DNA from: Schmidtea polychroa
Taxonomy: Eukaryota
Assembly: GCA_044892525.1 (NCBI GenBank)
Contig: CM097885.1
Span: forward strand, 49,786,001 to 49,850,000
DNA length: 64,000 nucleotides
Direction: 5' to 3'
Under the pieces are notes generated by a model. That model was not told the origin of the DNA and searched no databases. It saw nothing but the letters and a program-made list of their open reading frames with translations. Shown here in pieces: positions 63,162 to 64,000 of this stretch (within the stretch, counting starts at the first letter, position 1; every line of letters begins with the position of its first letter). The position numbers and the translations under genes are program-made.

Positions 63162-64000
63162 TTATAATTTTTCTAATTATATTTCTAAAAAAATCTAGAA
63201 ATTTTCAAAGTATAATTTTAAATATGAAAATTTAAACTCCATTATTTAAACAACGCTTACATTTTGATCTGACCATTTTAAATATTATTTGTGTTTGGAA
63301 TGATAAATAAATTCTTGAAAATTATCACTTAGTTAAAAAGTTTCAAGAGAGATATGTTAACTAAAAAATGTAATTGTGTTTAAAATTAGTTATATTTGTA
63401 CATTTTAGTTAATAAAGGAAATTTCTAGAATAACAGGACCATCTAAACAACTAATGTCGCAAAAATTAGGTTGATTTTAATATGTAATTCGACGCCAAAA
63501 AATCGACGAGGAAATCGGCAACGAATTAAGTATTAATGTATATGTCAAATTACTATCACTTAGGTTTTAACAAGAATTTAATTTAATCTAGTTAAATTAA
63601 TATTGTCACATACTTTAGAATTTTATATTAGCTTCCTTGGAATAAGTTAATCAAATTAAGTTTTTGTCTCAGCGGAAATTTAAGAAAGATGAGATTTATA
63701 GTCTTAACTATTTTATCAAAAATTGGAATTCCTGCTTAAAAGTCGAATAGAGAAGTCTTCGCACAACAAAGTGGTCGTTATTTTATTTTACTCCTACTGG
63801 TGAAAACGTGTCGATGCAATGAATTGTGCAACTATTCAAAAATTTATTCACTCCTGATTATTTGGAAATAAAACTGTTCATTCGTATACACCAACTGGCA
63901 TATTCTGATTAGAAAAGTATTTGAGTATAAAAGTACATATAGCTTTGGCTGCGTTCTCACGTGCGCAACTTGCGTAAATTTAAAAATATAATCCAACAGT

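Noticed and set aside
63162-64000. DNA2 promoter or a neighbouring gene
   Set aside because: AT-rich sequence with no distinguishable motif or spliceable ORF within the window.

Overview
AT-rich eukaryotic (animal) genomic DNA with GT-AG introns that are either tiny (28-55 nt) or kb-sized and filled with transposons; five N gaps. Three host genes are visible. (1) The 3' part (>5,600 aa in window, 5' end outside) of a giant Ig/Fn3 muscle protein of the twitchin/titin family on + (1-27002). It has Ig2-Fn3(3) super-repeats, an Ig-free run of about 24-25 increasingly divergent Fn3 domains, an Ig-Ig-Fn3-kinase module whose kinase has lost every catalytic motif, and six C-terminal Ig domains. (2) The 3' exons of a neuroguidin/Lcp5-like gene on + (33319-34470), with an unresolved 5' end. 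(3) A complete 20-exon DNA2 nuclease/helicase on - (63161-37452, about 1125 aa) that I could splice in frame by hand. The rest is a dense transposon landscape: one intact autonomous-looking hAT (2927 bp), many hAT, piggyBac and Tc1-mariner MITEs with recognisable TIRs and TSDs, a plant-Stowaway-type (DD39D) mariner derivative, and gypsy, MULE, maT, Buster and Helitron-like remnants. There is also an HSP90 pseudogene fragment and a copied piece of a titin exon inserted 16 kb away. A compact invertebrate genome (possibly a reduced parasite such as an orthonectid) is inference only. All protein identifications are by motif recognition; no database search was run.
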